A program made the translations under genes and the position numbers. Below the pieces are notes generated by a model. It was given only the letters and a program-made list of their open reading frames with translations, was not told the DNA's origin and ran no database searches. A stretch of DNA of 64,000 nucleotides from Trypanosoma brucei (Eukaryota): the NCBI GenBank assembly GCA_000002445.1, contig CH464491.1, forward strand, positions 4,160,001 to 4,224,000. Direction: 5' to 3'. This document shows positions 45,854 through 55,848 of the stretch, one piece after another (positions within the stretch are counted from its first letter, which is position 1; each line of letters opens with the position of its first letter).

Positions 45854-48007
45854 TCAGTCCGTTGCACGGCCCGACTTCCTTTTAGCCATACGGTACAAAT
45901 CCTGAGTAGTGGTGGGCAAAATATCATCCTCACTCCAGACTCCACCACCTAACTGTCGGACCACAAAAAGGACGACAAGCAGCCCAACCATTAGAATCAT
46001 CAGTGCAGTGACGGTGTCTGATGATGTACGCGTTCCTATCACGAATCCGTATATTCCACCCTCCGTCACGACGATAATGTCATTGATACCGTCCCCATTG
46101 AAATCCTGCACGATTACGGGAGCCACCGCTGGTTCCTCCAGCTCCACTACTCGCATAACACGCCCCGTCCTGGAACTCAGTATGGTCAGCTTCCGCTCGC
46201 CTACAGCAACAATGTACGGGTCCACCCGAAGATACCGTCCAGGCCCCCCTACGTGACCAACGGTGTCCTCATTAACTTGGTAAAAATTGTACGAAGCAAG
46301 ATGTGGGAAAGGGAACGTACGTTGCTTGTGCTCTGTCTCAGAGGAGGCTGCTTCCCCTACATCTGCCTCACGTTCACTGCGAAGCCTCCAGAAGGATGAC
46401 TCGGTTTGTGAACGCCAAACAACTCGACGTCGCGATGGATCTACGCATGTGACCAACCCTGAATCGGTCATAAAGACTGCAAGCCGTTCAACTTGAAACA
46501 AACCTCTCCCTCTCAACGTGTGTAGTTGCACCACAAGTGGAGTAACGCTCTTTGTAGTATGCGAGAGGGTGTTGTGGCTCCCAACAAGCTCGAGGGCGCT
46601 CAGGACCTCTGGAGTGCCCTCTCCGCGCGTGTCGCCATCAATGAAGCGGTGAATTAGTTCCAAACGGCCAAAAATCCCCTCGGTGTTGCAGATTGACGTC
46701 TGGAACAGTGAGTGATCGGCCGCAGGTGCACCTGTTGAAATGACACCGAGACAGTCGAGGGTAACGTCCACATCAAAGTGCGAATGCTTCTCCATCCGCC
46801 GACCTATGAGGGTGCTGACAGCGTCGATCTCGAAGTCGTCGTTGATATCATGATAGTAAACACCAGCAGACTTGAGCGGCGCCACGCGCGTAATCAAGTT
46901 TCCGGTGTATAGATGTACCACTTCTATTCCATGTTCTCCATGAAAAGCCAATACGTTGGCGGACTTGCGCTCCTTTTCCCCATGAGAACTCCCTTTTTTT
47001 TGAGGTTTACTCACAAGGCCGAGTCTCTCCGCCAGTTCGCCGTAGTCTTCACTGTTCATTCGAACAAAGCGATCCTTGTATTTCACTACAACTGTGTTTC
47101 CAGCTTGTGCCTTAGTTTTCTTTCTGTTTTTCGTGTGGAAAAACACGTGCGGACGGAGGCACTCATCCCAGGGATGAGAATAACGGTGGGGAAGAAGTGT
47201 CGAAACGGCCTCACGGTAAAATGTCCACGGTTTTTCGTACAATCTAAAAGATTCAGTGGCCTGGGAACTCACCACCACGGAGGCACCGGACGGTGAGCTG
47301 CCTCCCACCCCAACGGCATCCTCCGGGTCCAGCACTTCTCGAACTGAACTCTCCGCGTCGGAAGTGTAACGCCACCTCAGCTTGCCATCCGCACCATTAA
47401 ACGCTGCGAACAGCATCAATTTTGTGTGATTCGGTCCCGGGACTTGGGTGGCAATCACGACGGTTCCCTCGTCTCCTTCGTAAATGCGTTCACTGAGAAC
47501 ACTGACAGACGTATGGAAAGACTCCGACAGCACATTATGGATTGGTACACTCCATACTTCGGAAAAATCGTGGGGCGACAAACGGTACAAAAGAAAGTCA
47601 CTCGTAACCACAAAAATCGCATAATCCTCACCCACGGCGAGTCTTCCGGCTCCGATTGCTGTAATTCGCGAAAAGAACGACCTCTGATACATAGAGACGG
47701 GAGTTGCATACGTTTCAGCTGCCCCACTCGTTGAGTGGGTCTTGAACATTTCAAGAGACCCGTACGAAGTGGTTGCGATGAGGACTGGTCGACCATCACC
47801 CATAGGGTCAAGGACAACGGGTTTTGGAATCATGTACCGCTGCGACTCCAGGTCGGTAATTGGTATCTCAAAGCCCTTCCATACGGCCAGTCCATCTTCT
47901 TGATGCCACCCAAATATGCAAAAGATAATCGCGACACCCACAATGAAAACATCACGAAGTCGCATAGTGACCGACTGTAAAAACAGCCACAGCGCACTGC
48001 CAGACAA
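45854..48007 (-). CDS. FG-GAP / beta-propeller repeat membrane protein (ITFG-like). N-terminal signal-anchor and C-terminal TM.
   Basis: FNGDGINDIIVVT and similar FG-GAP-like repeats. Hydrophobic segments at aa about 20-35 and about 670-690. Confidence 0.55.
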   Translation of the reverse strand: MSGSALWLFLQSVTMRLRDVFIVGVAIIFCIFGWHQEDGLAVWKGFEIPITDLESQRYMIPKPVVLDPMGDGRPVLIATTSYGSLEMFKTHSTSGAAETYATPVSMYQRSFFSRITAIGAGRLAVGEDYAIFVVTSDFLLYRLSPHDFSEVWSVPIHNVLSESFHTSVSVLSERIYEGDEGTVVIATQVPGPNHTKLMLFAAFNGADGKLRWRYTSDAESSVREVLDPEDAVGVGGSSPSGASVVVSSQATESFRLYEKPWTFYREAVSTLLPHRYSHPWDECLRPHVFFHTKNRKKTKAQAGNTVVVKYKDRFVRMNSEDYGELAERLGLVSKPQKKGSSHGEKERKSANVLAFHGEHGIEVVHLYTGNLITRVAPLKSAGVYYHDINDDFEIDAVSTLIGRRMEKHSHFDVDVTLDCLGVISTGAPAADHSLFQTSICNTEGIFGRLELIHRFIDGDTRGEGTPEVLSALELVGSHNTLSHTTKSVTPLVVQLHTLRGRGLFQVERLAVFMTDSGLVTCVDPSRRRVVWRSQTESSFWRLRSEREADVGEAASSETEHKQRTFPFPHLASYNFYQVNEDTVGHVGGPGRYLRVDPYIVAVGERKLTILSSRTGRVMRVVELEEPAVAPVIVQDFNGDGINDIIVVTEGGIYGFVIGTRTSSDTVTALMILMVGLLVVLFVVRQLGGGVWSEDDILPTTTQDLYRMAKRKSGRATD

Positions 48008-48195
48008 CTTCCAGGGTTCGCTATGTGTTTTGACTCCCGTTCACCTAGCTAAAGTCTCAAAAGAGAAACAGAAAAAAGAAGGGTAGCTGCAACCTGGGAG
48101 GCGTTACCAGAGCAAACACGACCAAATAGAAACGTCACAGGGGTGCGAAAGAGTATTGAAATAGGGAATCTTCCAATATGAAAATTCCAATAGTG

Positions 48196-48359
48196 ACCTC
48201 CGATACGTATCTCGCCACATCGCCAGCGGAAAGTATCATGGTGCCTTAGCGATACCACCGCTGTACTGATGCTGCTTGGGTCACCAAAAATCTCACACCA
48301 CACTTTGGCCACCATTGTGGAAACTACCGCACAGAAAGGGGCTGGTTGGTGGGTGTTGA
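48196..48359. repeat. 164-bp intergenic direct repeat, copy 1
   Basis: About 98% identical (3 mismatches) to 48590-48753. Generates the shared spurious ORF N-terminus MVAKVWCEIFGDPSS... Confidence 0.9.
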
Positions 48360-48589
48360 GCCAAATGAAAATGTCAGGAAACCGATAGAGCATTTCTCAT
48401 TCATGCACACAATGAGACACAAATTAAACAAATCTTGGTCAGCTTTTGAACCACATTGCACTTACAATGGTACAAGTACTGGGCCTTCGAACTGACCTTA
48501 AGGAACCATCAGGGTCACCGCCGGGAACTTTGTAGGCGAAAGGAACACGAAATAGAGGGGAAAAAACGCAAGGAAGACGAAAACAGCAA

Positions 48590-48753
48590 CCTCCGATACG
48601 TATCTCGCCACATCGCCAGCGGAAAGTATCATGGTGCCTTAGCGATACCACCGCTGTACTGATGCTGCTTGGGTCGCCAAAAATCTCACACCACACTTTG
48701 GCCACCATTGTGCAAGCTACCGCACAGAAAGGGGCTGGTTGGTGGGTGTTGAG
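48590..48753. repeat. 164-bp intergenic direct repeat, copy 2
   Basis: See copy 1. Start-to-start spacing 394 bp. Confidence 0.9.
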
Positions 48754-50332
48754 GCAAAAAGAGGGAGCGGGGGGAGGAATTCAGCTCCGCGGCATCTCGT
48801 TCCGCGACCCGGCAGGTACAGGTTGGAGTTCCACAAAAGACATCACCCACGCACGCACACACTCAACACGTGCGATGCACGATCGCCGAAACGAACAAAG
48901 GTTCAGAAAATTTTCGTACTATGAAGCTGGGTGTTTTGCGACGGAAGAAAGGGTAGAGTGAAAAGGAAGGAAAACAACTTCAACGACCGAACACGAAAGC
49001 ATAAACAGATGTGAGCACCGGTGTCCATATGGTAAATGATTCACGTAGGCGAACTGCCGCGTCACCTACGGAAGAAGGCGAAGGCACAACAGTTTTGGTG
49101 TCACGTGACCTTGCACTAAGCACCTCGTAGGAAGGGTACAGCATCTACATCCCTTGCCTTCACAAACATGTGCGCAGTATGTGGGGGCACGATCCCCACG
49201 GTCCACGCACAGCACCGCCTAACACATAGACTCAATGACATTTCGAAAGTTACTCACCCCACACAGAGCTTCCTGAAGCGGAGGAAGGGAAACCTGTTGC
49301 CACGTGGTTTCGATAAGCAGACGCACAGGCTCTGCTTCTTGACCGCAAGTCTGGTCACCTTCCTCGTGCCCCAGTGAGTGGTGCAAAACAAGTCGGAAGG
49401 CATTTCCACAAGGTATCCACAACGCTTCTCGAAACTGAAGCGCCCACCGATGAAGATATGCAGTCAGCCTTTCACAAAAATCAAACCCGCTGATTGTCCC
49501 TGGCATCAGCAGGGATGCCAAAAGATGGAATACTTATATACCACTAACAACAAATTCCATGACTCTCCTTGCCCAAGTTTGGTACAGAAACAAAGGACCA
49601 GAAGATCACGCGGCATCAACGTGCGTTGTGCCTCCATTTCTTTCGATCATTCCCAACGAGGAAAAAGAGTGAGCGATGTAATGAGGATCGTAATAACAAG
49701 CACGTATAACACCAAACAACCGAGAAGGGTGACCAACATGAAGCAGTGCAACGAGGAAAAGTTCACAGAAATTGACCTTCCACGATACGCACGTGGGTGC
49801 GGCCCTTATTCAGGGAAGATAAAACAAAGATAGAGAAGGGAGCAAAGAGAGGAAAACTTAGTCCTACTGGGACCCACACACAGACACACACACGTACAGG
49901 TACAAAGGCAACGCCGCACTTCCAATATTCCCCACTGCATATTGGAAGAAATAATGGCAAGTAGCTCGACCCCACAGCAGCGTTATTTTTCTATACCTCT
50001 ATCAGACCTTAGTCACATACATCCCATTAACCAGACACGAACGCGCGGACGCGCTCCCACACGCCGCACCATCGGGAAGATGCAAGCTTCTCCAAACGAA
50101 AGTAGTAGTCAAGCAACCCCCTCCACCTCTCGCTGGCCCCATTAGCATTTTCCCCGTTTAGCTCCGTTGGTTTCACTTGGGGTTTCTATATGTGTCAATT
50201 TGTTGTGCAGATATCATCGAGTTATATTTATGGAACGAAACGGAAGGGGTGTTGGCAGCTAGGAAAAACAGCTACAAGCAGAAAACCAAACAACAGCAAT
50301 AGTATAACACTGGCAACCACATGTCATTGCGG

Positions 50333-52189
50333 TTAGAGTGTGGTGCCCTGGGGTCTTGTGTATATTGTGGCCAGCCCTATAACACGCACAGGGTCGGTTG
50401 TAAATTGCGAATTGTACAACTTGTGACCTCCCTCAACACCGCCACCTTTCTTTGCCACGGGAAAGGAAATGGGCTTCACTTCGGGGAGTGCCTGAAAACC
50501 GGACATGAGGCACTCGCTCACGGTCACCCAGAGAGGGCTCCTACGCTTAAGGGACGTCAAGAACGCTTGACGCTGCTTGCCGAGAACGGGGCGCCACTTG
50601 GAGTCAAGCATGAAGTGTGCCGACTTGCTTGACTTTGGAAATATGGAGAGAACTTCATCGGGGTTCACCAGGTCGTCTATGTTGTAGAACTCTTCATTCG
50701 TCCCACCACCTGAATCATCGTCATATTCTTCTATGGAGGCACTGCCAATAAGAACATAGTTATTGATATGCTTTTTCTCTATACCTACGCCCATTCGTTT
50801 CGCACCGAGAGGAGTCACCCAAATGGGACTAGACAACTTGTGCTTAAGTGCAAAGGCGCGCAACTTCGCTTCATCGCGGCGACCAACAAGCTTTCCATTG
50901 AGAACGGCTATCGAGCGGATAGCGGGAACAGCCAAGTGGGGCTCTGTCAAACATACGGCGTTGTAGTAACGACGCAACGTGGCGTCTTCGGCCAAAAACC
51001 CGCGGATGGGGACTGGTGAACGGCTAGCGCCCACAGTAATACTAAAAGAGCGTACAATGGAGCTCGCGTCGAGCTTGTGGTTCTTGGCATCCTCATCATG
51101 GGGCTCGGGAGGTTTGCGCACCGACTTACCTCTAAGCAACTGCACCTTATGATCACAGGCTTCAGCGAAAGCGGAGTACTTGGGCTTTTGTAACCCAAAA
51201 TCCCTGACGTTGACGAAGTGGTAAGGGTACCTAGGATCATTTACCGCCGCCATAGACTTCACGAGTACACGAGACCTCATCACTTCCCACCCATTCACAC
51301 CGTATATGAAGTACAGATCATACCCAAAAGCATCAGGATGATCCTCCTGCAGTTCCTTCAGCAGTTCCTTCTGCGCTTCCTTCGGGATGCTGGACAAGGA
51401 AACAACAAACCCGGTCATATTAGGGGCGAGTACACCCTCATTTTCACACCCTTTATTTACCTCAAGGTTCAGATGTTTGAGCTGCTTTTCGGCCACCCAC
51501 ATGGGTGAGGTGTAACCTCGAAGAATACCAACAGCCAAAAGGATGTCATGTGCGGGCTGACCAAGCCTCTTCCCGGTTGCAGCGTTCAGAGTTATGCCCC
51601 TTTGTGGCTCCCCTTTATACGGATCATCTAACTGCTCAGCACTGTACACTGAAACGGAACTCTGCTTTCGAATATCAATAACGTCCTTCCGGTTTACCTG
51701 CACACCCAGCTCGGAAGCAATATCGGTGTCTATGTACAATACACGATCAGACTCTTCTTCGTTCAGAAAGCGGCGAAGACGATCACCAGTGACAGATTTC
51801 CATTTCATTCTTGTGGAAAGAATACCCACACCAGACCCGAAGAAGGGCGGGTGTTCATCCATTATGCGCTTCTGCACACTTTTCGGTACCGAAGAAAATG
51901 GAATGACGCTCTTTACGTTCAAGTGTATTATGGTCGGAGCCTCCCCAGGAAGCACCACAGCGTTACATGAACGACGGGACTGTGCCAATGTCAACCAGTG
52001 CCTCTTCACGTAGTGTCTCTCCTTAGCGACAGAGCGAAGCGCGGCCTGACACGAAGGGGAGAAGGGCGCGTTCGTAACAGATGATAGCACACTTACCTCG
52101 GTATGGACAGTTGACAAGCGCTTTCGCTTTAATAACACTCCGGTAAGGTAAAATACACCACGCATATCTCGTGTGTCACCCTTCGTCAC
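50333..52189 (-). CDS. Hypothetical protein with three degenerate basic-SP[ILM]WV modules
   Basis: 618-aa ORF. Repeated ...SPMWVAEKQLKHL / SPIWVTPLGAKRMG / SPLWVTVSECLMSG modules. No known catalytic motifs. Confidence 0.65.
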   Translation of the reverse strand: MTKGDTRDMRGVFYLTGVLLKRKRLSTVHTEVSVLSSVTNAPFSPSCQAALRSVAKERHYVKRHWLTLAQSRRSCNAVVLPGEAPTIIHLNVKSVIPFSSVPKSVQKRIMDEHPPFFGSGVGILSTRMKWKSVTGDRLRRFLNEEESDRVLYIDTDIASELGVQVNRKDVIDIRKQSSVSVYSAEQLDDPYKGEPQRGITLNAATGKRLGQPAHDILLAVGILRGYTSPMWVAEKQLKHLNLEVNKGCENEGVLAPNMTGFVVSLSSIPKEAQKELLKELQEDHPDAFGYDLYFIYGVNGWEVMRSRVLVKSMAAVNDPRYPYHFVNVRDFGLQKPKYSAFAEACDHKVQLLRGKSVRKPPEPHDEDAKNHKLDASSIVRSFSITVGASRSPVPIRGFLAEDATLRRYYNAVCLTEPHLAVPAIRSIAVLNGKLVGRRDEAKLRAFALKHKLSSPIWVTPLGAKRMGVGIEKKHINNYVLIGSASIEEYDDDSGGGTNEEFYNIDDLVNPDEVLSIFPKSSKSAHFMLDSKWRPVLGKQRQAFLTSLKRRSPLWVTVSECLMSGFQALPEVKPISFPVAKKGGGVEGGHKLYNSQFTTDPVRVIGLATIYTRPQGTTL

Positions 52190-52729
52190 GTATTGCCGGG
52201 GGAAACGCTAGAGCTATGCGCTAGCTAGTCACACACTTTCAGCTACTTGAACACCCACGCGTAGGGTTAGCCAAGATCCCAAGGAACAGCCCCACGAGAA
52301 ATCTACACCCCTAGAAGTAACAATAATGTGCAAGTCAAAAAAAGCGGAGAGAGAGAGTGAAAACATGTTTTAAAACAAAAAAAGCGAGAGTCTTTTCCTC
52401 AGGAAAAAAAAAACACCACTGTGCGACCACAGTGCTAAATTTTGACTTGTAAGGGAGTTTAAACTATCAGTGAGTATTACCAAGAATTCATCCCACTCTA
52501 GAGACCAACGTTTTCATCTCCTTCCACGCCTCTATCTGATCCTTTTCGGGAGATGTCGGGTTCCTTTTTGTTCTTTTCGAAGTAGAAAGTAAAAAATAGA
52601 CCGGTCTTTAAGGCCGCACTACGTTCCCCTCGTTTCATTTGAAAATCATCCGCTTTCCCCCAAAAAAAAATTAATACAGTTTCATATACTGTCCTTAAAG
52701 TAAGAAATCCCCAGCGTTCCCCATGCACA

Positions 52730-53191
52730 TTATGCCCTTTCATAAATTTGCTTGACGGAGTGGGACGTCCAGCTTACCAGCTCCTCCGCCTTGAACCAGA
52801 ACGCGATTTCGCGTTTGGCGCTTTCCACGCTGTCGGACCCATGGCACACATTGCGGCCAACATCCACGGCGAAGTCACCACGAATGGTGCCAGGGAGCGA
52901 GTCTGCGGGGTTCGTTGCGCCCAAAAGCACACGGCCGCCCTTTACAACACCGAGGCCCTCCCACACCATACCGACGATAGGGCCAGAGGAAAAGTACGAC
53001 ACAAGGCCACTGTAGAAGGGTTTCGATGCGAGATCAATGTAGTGCTGCTTGGCTTGTTCCTCAGTGGGCTGGAGAAGTTTGAGACCAACAAGTTTGTAGC
53101 CCTTGTTCTCGAAGCGCTTGATGATTTCTCCCACGAGATTACGCTGCACGCCATCGGGTTTGACTGCAATGAAGGTCCGCTCGCTGGGCAT
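52730..53191 (-). CDS. NDPK: Nucleoside diphosphate kinase
   Basis: 153 aa. [21 protein letters not shown], active-site NVCHGSDS. Full-length NDK. Confidence 0.95.
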   Translation of the reverse strand: MPSERTFIAVKPDGVQRNLVGEIIKRFENKGYKLVGLKLLQPTEEQAKQHYIDLASKPFYSGLVSYFSSGPIVGMVWEGLGVVKGGRVLLGATNPADSLPGTIRGDFAVDVGRNVCHGSDSVESAKREIAFWFKAEELVSWTSHSVKQIYERA

Positions 53192-53631
53192 GGCGCACTT
53201 AAAACTTACTTCGGAGAATAGTGTTGTTTGATAGCTCGACTTAAAGTTATAGAGGAGAGGAACGAAATTTTATTTTCAAAAAAGAATGTCACTGAAGCGC
53301 AGGCGGTCACGGTCGCATGAATATCCACTCTTGAAACCGACCAGCCCCTGGGGGAAACCCGCAAAAGAGGACGTATGCGTTGAAGGAAAAGGAAAGTCCT
53401 TCATGAGAGCACAGAGAAGGCTCCGATATCCAGAACGGCGACAACGACAACAAATGGCGTGGGCCCCCGTCCATTCGGAGTTGAAACCAGAGCAACCTTA
53501 ACGTCCCACAAGGATCCGCCCTTCTCACTACTTCAAGGCTTGTATTTGGATCTTGCCGAGTCTCTTCTCTATCCAGTGTCATGTACCTCTTCCTTGATTT
53601 ACCAACGGAAAAATTAAAGTCTATGGTGCTT

Positions 53632-55848
53632 TCACTCCAGTGAAAAGTGAACAGTGTTCCCGCTCACTTCCCACACACCCACGTCCGCGTAAGTGTTCAA
53701 ACAGCGTTGTAAATGTGACTCGTCAATACCTTTTATCATAAGAGCCGGTCGCACCTCAGCCAAATCAATCGACCCCCTGGAACGAGCCAATTCCTTAATG
53801 GTCGAGAAAATTGCAGCATCAGATGTTGTCACCATGCGCCGCCCACCGGTATCCACACGTTCTTGTAGCGAAATCTTACTACAGTCTAAAAGCCGACCAG
53901 CCTCTCGTACATCAGCTTCAACGACACGGTCGGAGAAGCGGAGTCGCGCGCATGCTTGCGAGAGGCGAATGATGCTGAGTAGTGTCCGCGCGGTAACAAC
54001 GTTTGTGTGACGAACACTCTGAGCCCGCATTTCACAATAAATGTCACTGATAACCTTTGCTGCAGAGCTGTCAACAATAGGGTGAATTTTTTTGGCTTCA
54101 CCAACGTATGCCTGCAGGAAATCCTTTCCAAAGTAGTCACTTGACAAACCGTAAAACCCATTGTCGGATACCGTCCCTGGTGCCACACCGTGCAAATGAA
54201 CATAGGTTACGTGCATCGAAAGTTCTGCATCCCGTTCCCGGTTTGATTCGTCAAGCAGAAGCCAAAGGACATCGAAACGAGAAAGTAGCGCGGGAGGTAA
54301 ATTTACATTCTCACTCGGTGTCAAGTTGCGGCGCCAACGTCCATACTTGGGGTTTGCGGCGGCTAAAATAGATGTGCGGGCATTGAGCGAAGTAATTATC
54401 CCAGCTTTAGCTATAGACACCATCTGTTGTTCCATTACCTCATGTAACGCTGTCCGATCGCTATCGTCCATTTTGTCAAACTCGTCAATACAGCAAATAC
54501 CCCGGTCCGAAAGAACCAATGCGCCACCCTCAAGCATCACCTCTCCGGTGTAAGTATCTCTAGTCACAGCCGCCGTTAAACCAACACCAGAACTGCCCTT
54601 CCCTGTTGTAAAAATAGAACGAGGGGCTACCGAAGCAATCCATTTCAAAAGCTGACTTTTGGCGACCCCGGGATCCCCCATCAAGCATATGTTGGTGTCA
54701 CTTCGTATGCGAATCCCGTTGGCAATGGAACTTCCCCCAACCAACAAACAGAGTAGTGCCTTTTTAACATCCTCCATTCCCCAGATTTCTGGTGCCACGC
54801 TTCGCGTCAGCTTCTCAATAACAACCTCCTTGTCGGGATGCTGCTTCACATTATCTACCTGAATCTTCAGGTCATCTGCAGCCTCCTGATAGCTGCGCCT
54901 TTCCAACTCAATGCGCAGAGCGCGAAATAGAGTCTTCACCATTGTTGATGCCCTAAATGCTTCATGGCCTTGCCCAGTAGACGGATCAGGGCAATACGTC
55001 CCCACAACCTTTACAACCTGTCCTGGGGTTGCTATTCGTGTCTGCTCACCCTCACAAATGACACGAATCGTACGAGGAATGGCACCTCGGGGCACGTACT
55101 GGGGAAGTTCCTGTAAACGAAGCTCCTGGTGCTTGGTGAACTTACTTGCCTTATACTGAGGGAGCAGACGACCTACGGTATTGTTCAACCTGCAGCGCTG
55201 TGACTGGCACACCATTAGCGGGGTCAGGCGATCCCCAATAACTTGCTGAAATGTGGTCTCAGCACACACCTCGCAGACAGATACTAACATTGATAGCTTG
55301 GGGCGTACAGCTGTTGCGGCAATACAAATTCCACGCAACACAACGAGTGTGCCTATCAAACCCCCCTTTAACTGCCTGAGAGGCACAGGCTCAGAGAAGC
55401 TAGTTAAGGGCATCACAACCAGTTCGTAACGTCTCGTAAGTAATGGAGGAAGATGCTGTCCCGCTGTCTGCGCCTCTAAAATAAGGTGATCAATCATATC
55501 TTCTTCGAAATAAGCCTCCGGAATTATCTCATCCACAACGCGATACACCTCTTCACGGTACCCCATGACATTCATTTGGATTCGCTGCGCCAGGTACAAC
55601 TGCCCATAAAGTTGTATGTCATCTAGATCAACAGTGAAAACGTTTGTCTCCCTACGGGCTACCCGAGCCGCCATATCCATGTATTTCATCCCGCCAGACG
55701 CATCACGAAACTCTTCAAAGAAACGTCTGCACAAATCACGATCGGCCAAGTAGTTGGGATACTTGGAGGTAGCAGCTACAGCAAATGCCGCCTTTTTGGT
55801 CTGCTCTTGCGTCGGCCCGTCCGCCATAGGCAGGACGATCTTGCACAC
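53632..55848 (-). CDS. MCM7: DNA replication licensing factor MCM7 (MCM family AAA+ helicase subunit)
   Basis: Walker A GDPGVAKSQ, Walker B CCIDEFDKM, arginine finger SRFDVLWLL. N-terminus FFEEFRDA...VFTVDLDDI matches the MCM7-specific FLQEF...YVDLDDV. Start could be Met at 55827. Confidence 0.8.
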   Translation of the reverse strand: MCKIVLPMADGPTQEQTKKAAFAVAATSKYPNYLADRDLCRRFFEEFRDASGGMKYMDMAARVARRETNVFTVDLDDIQLYGQLYLAQRIQMNVMGYREEVYRVVDEIIPEAYFEEDMIDHLILEAQTAGQHLPPLLTRRYELVVMPLTSFSEPVPLRQLKGGLIGTLVVLRGICIAATAVRPKLSMLVSVCEVCAETTFQQVIGDRLTPLMVCQSQRCRLNNTVGRLLPQYKASKFTKHQELRLQELPQYVPRGAIPRTIRVICEGEQTRIATPGQVVKVVGTYCPDPSTGQGHEAFRASTMVKTLFRALRIELERRSYQEAADDLKIQVDNVKQHPDKEVVIEKLTRSVAPEIWGMEDVKKALLCLLVGGSSIANGIRIRSDTNICLMGDPGVAKSQLLKWIASVAPRSIFTTGKGSSGVGLTAAVTRDTYTGEVMLEGGALVLSDRGICCIDEFDKMDDSDRTALHEVMEQQMVSIAKAGIITSLNARTSILAAANPKYGRWRRNLTPSENVNLPPALLSRFDVLWLLLDESNRERDAELSMHVTYVHLHGVAPGTVSDNGFYGLSSDYFGKDFLQAYVGEAKKIHPIVDSSAAKVISDIYCEMRAQSVRHTNVVTARTLLSIIRLSQACARLRFSDRVVEADVREAGRLLDCSKISLQERVDTGGRRMVTTSDAAIFSTIKELARSRGSIDLAEVRPALMIKGIDESHLQRCLNTYADVGVWEVSGNTVHFSLE

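Noticed and set aside
48049-48708. Minus-strand ORFs 48049..48393 and 48439..48708 sharing the N-terminus MVAKVWCEIFGDPSS
   Set aside because: The shared sequence is the 164-bp direct repeat read in one frame. The ORFs diverge immediately outside the repeat, so they are unlikely to be coding.
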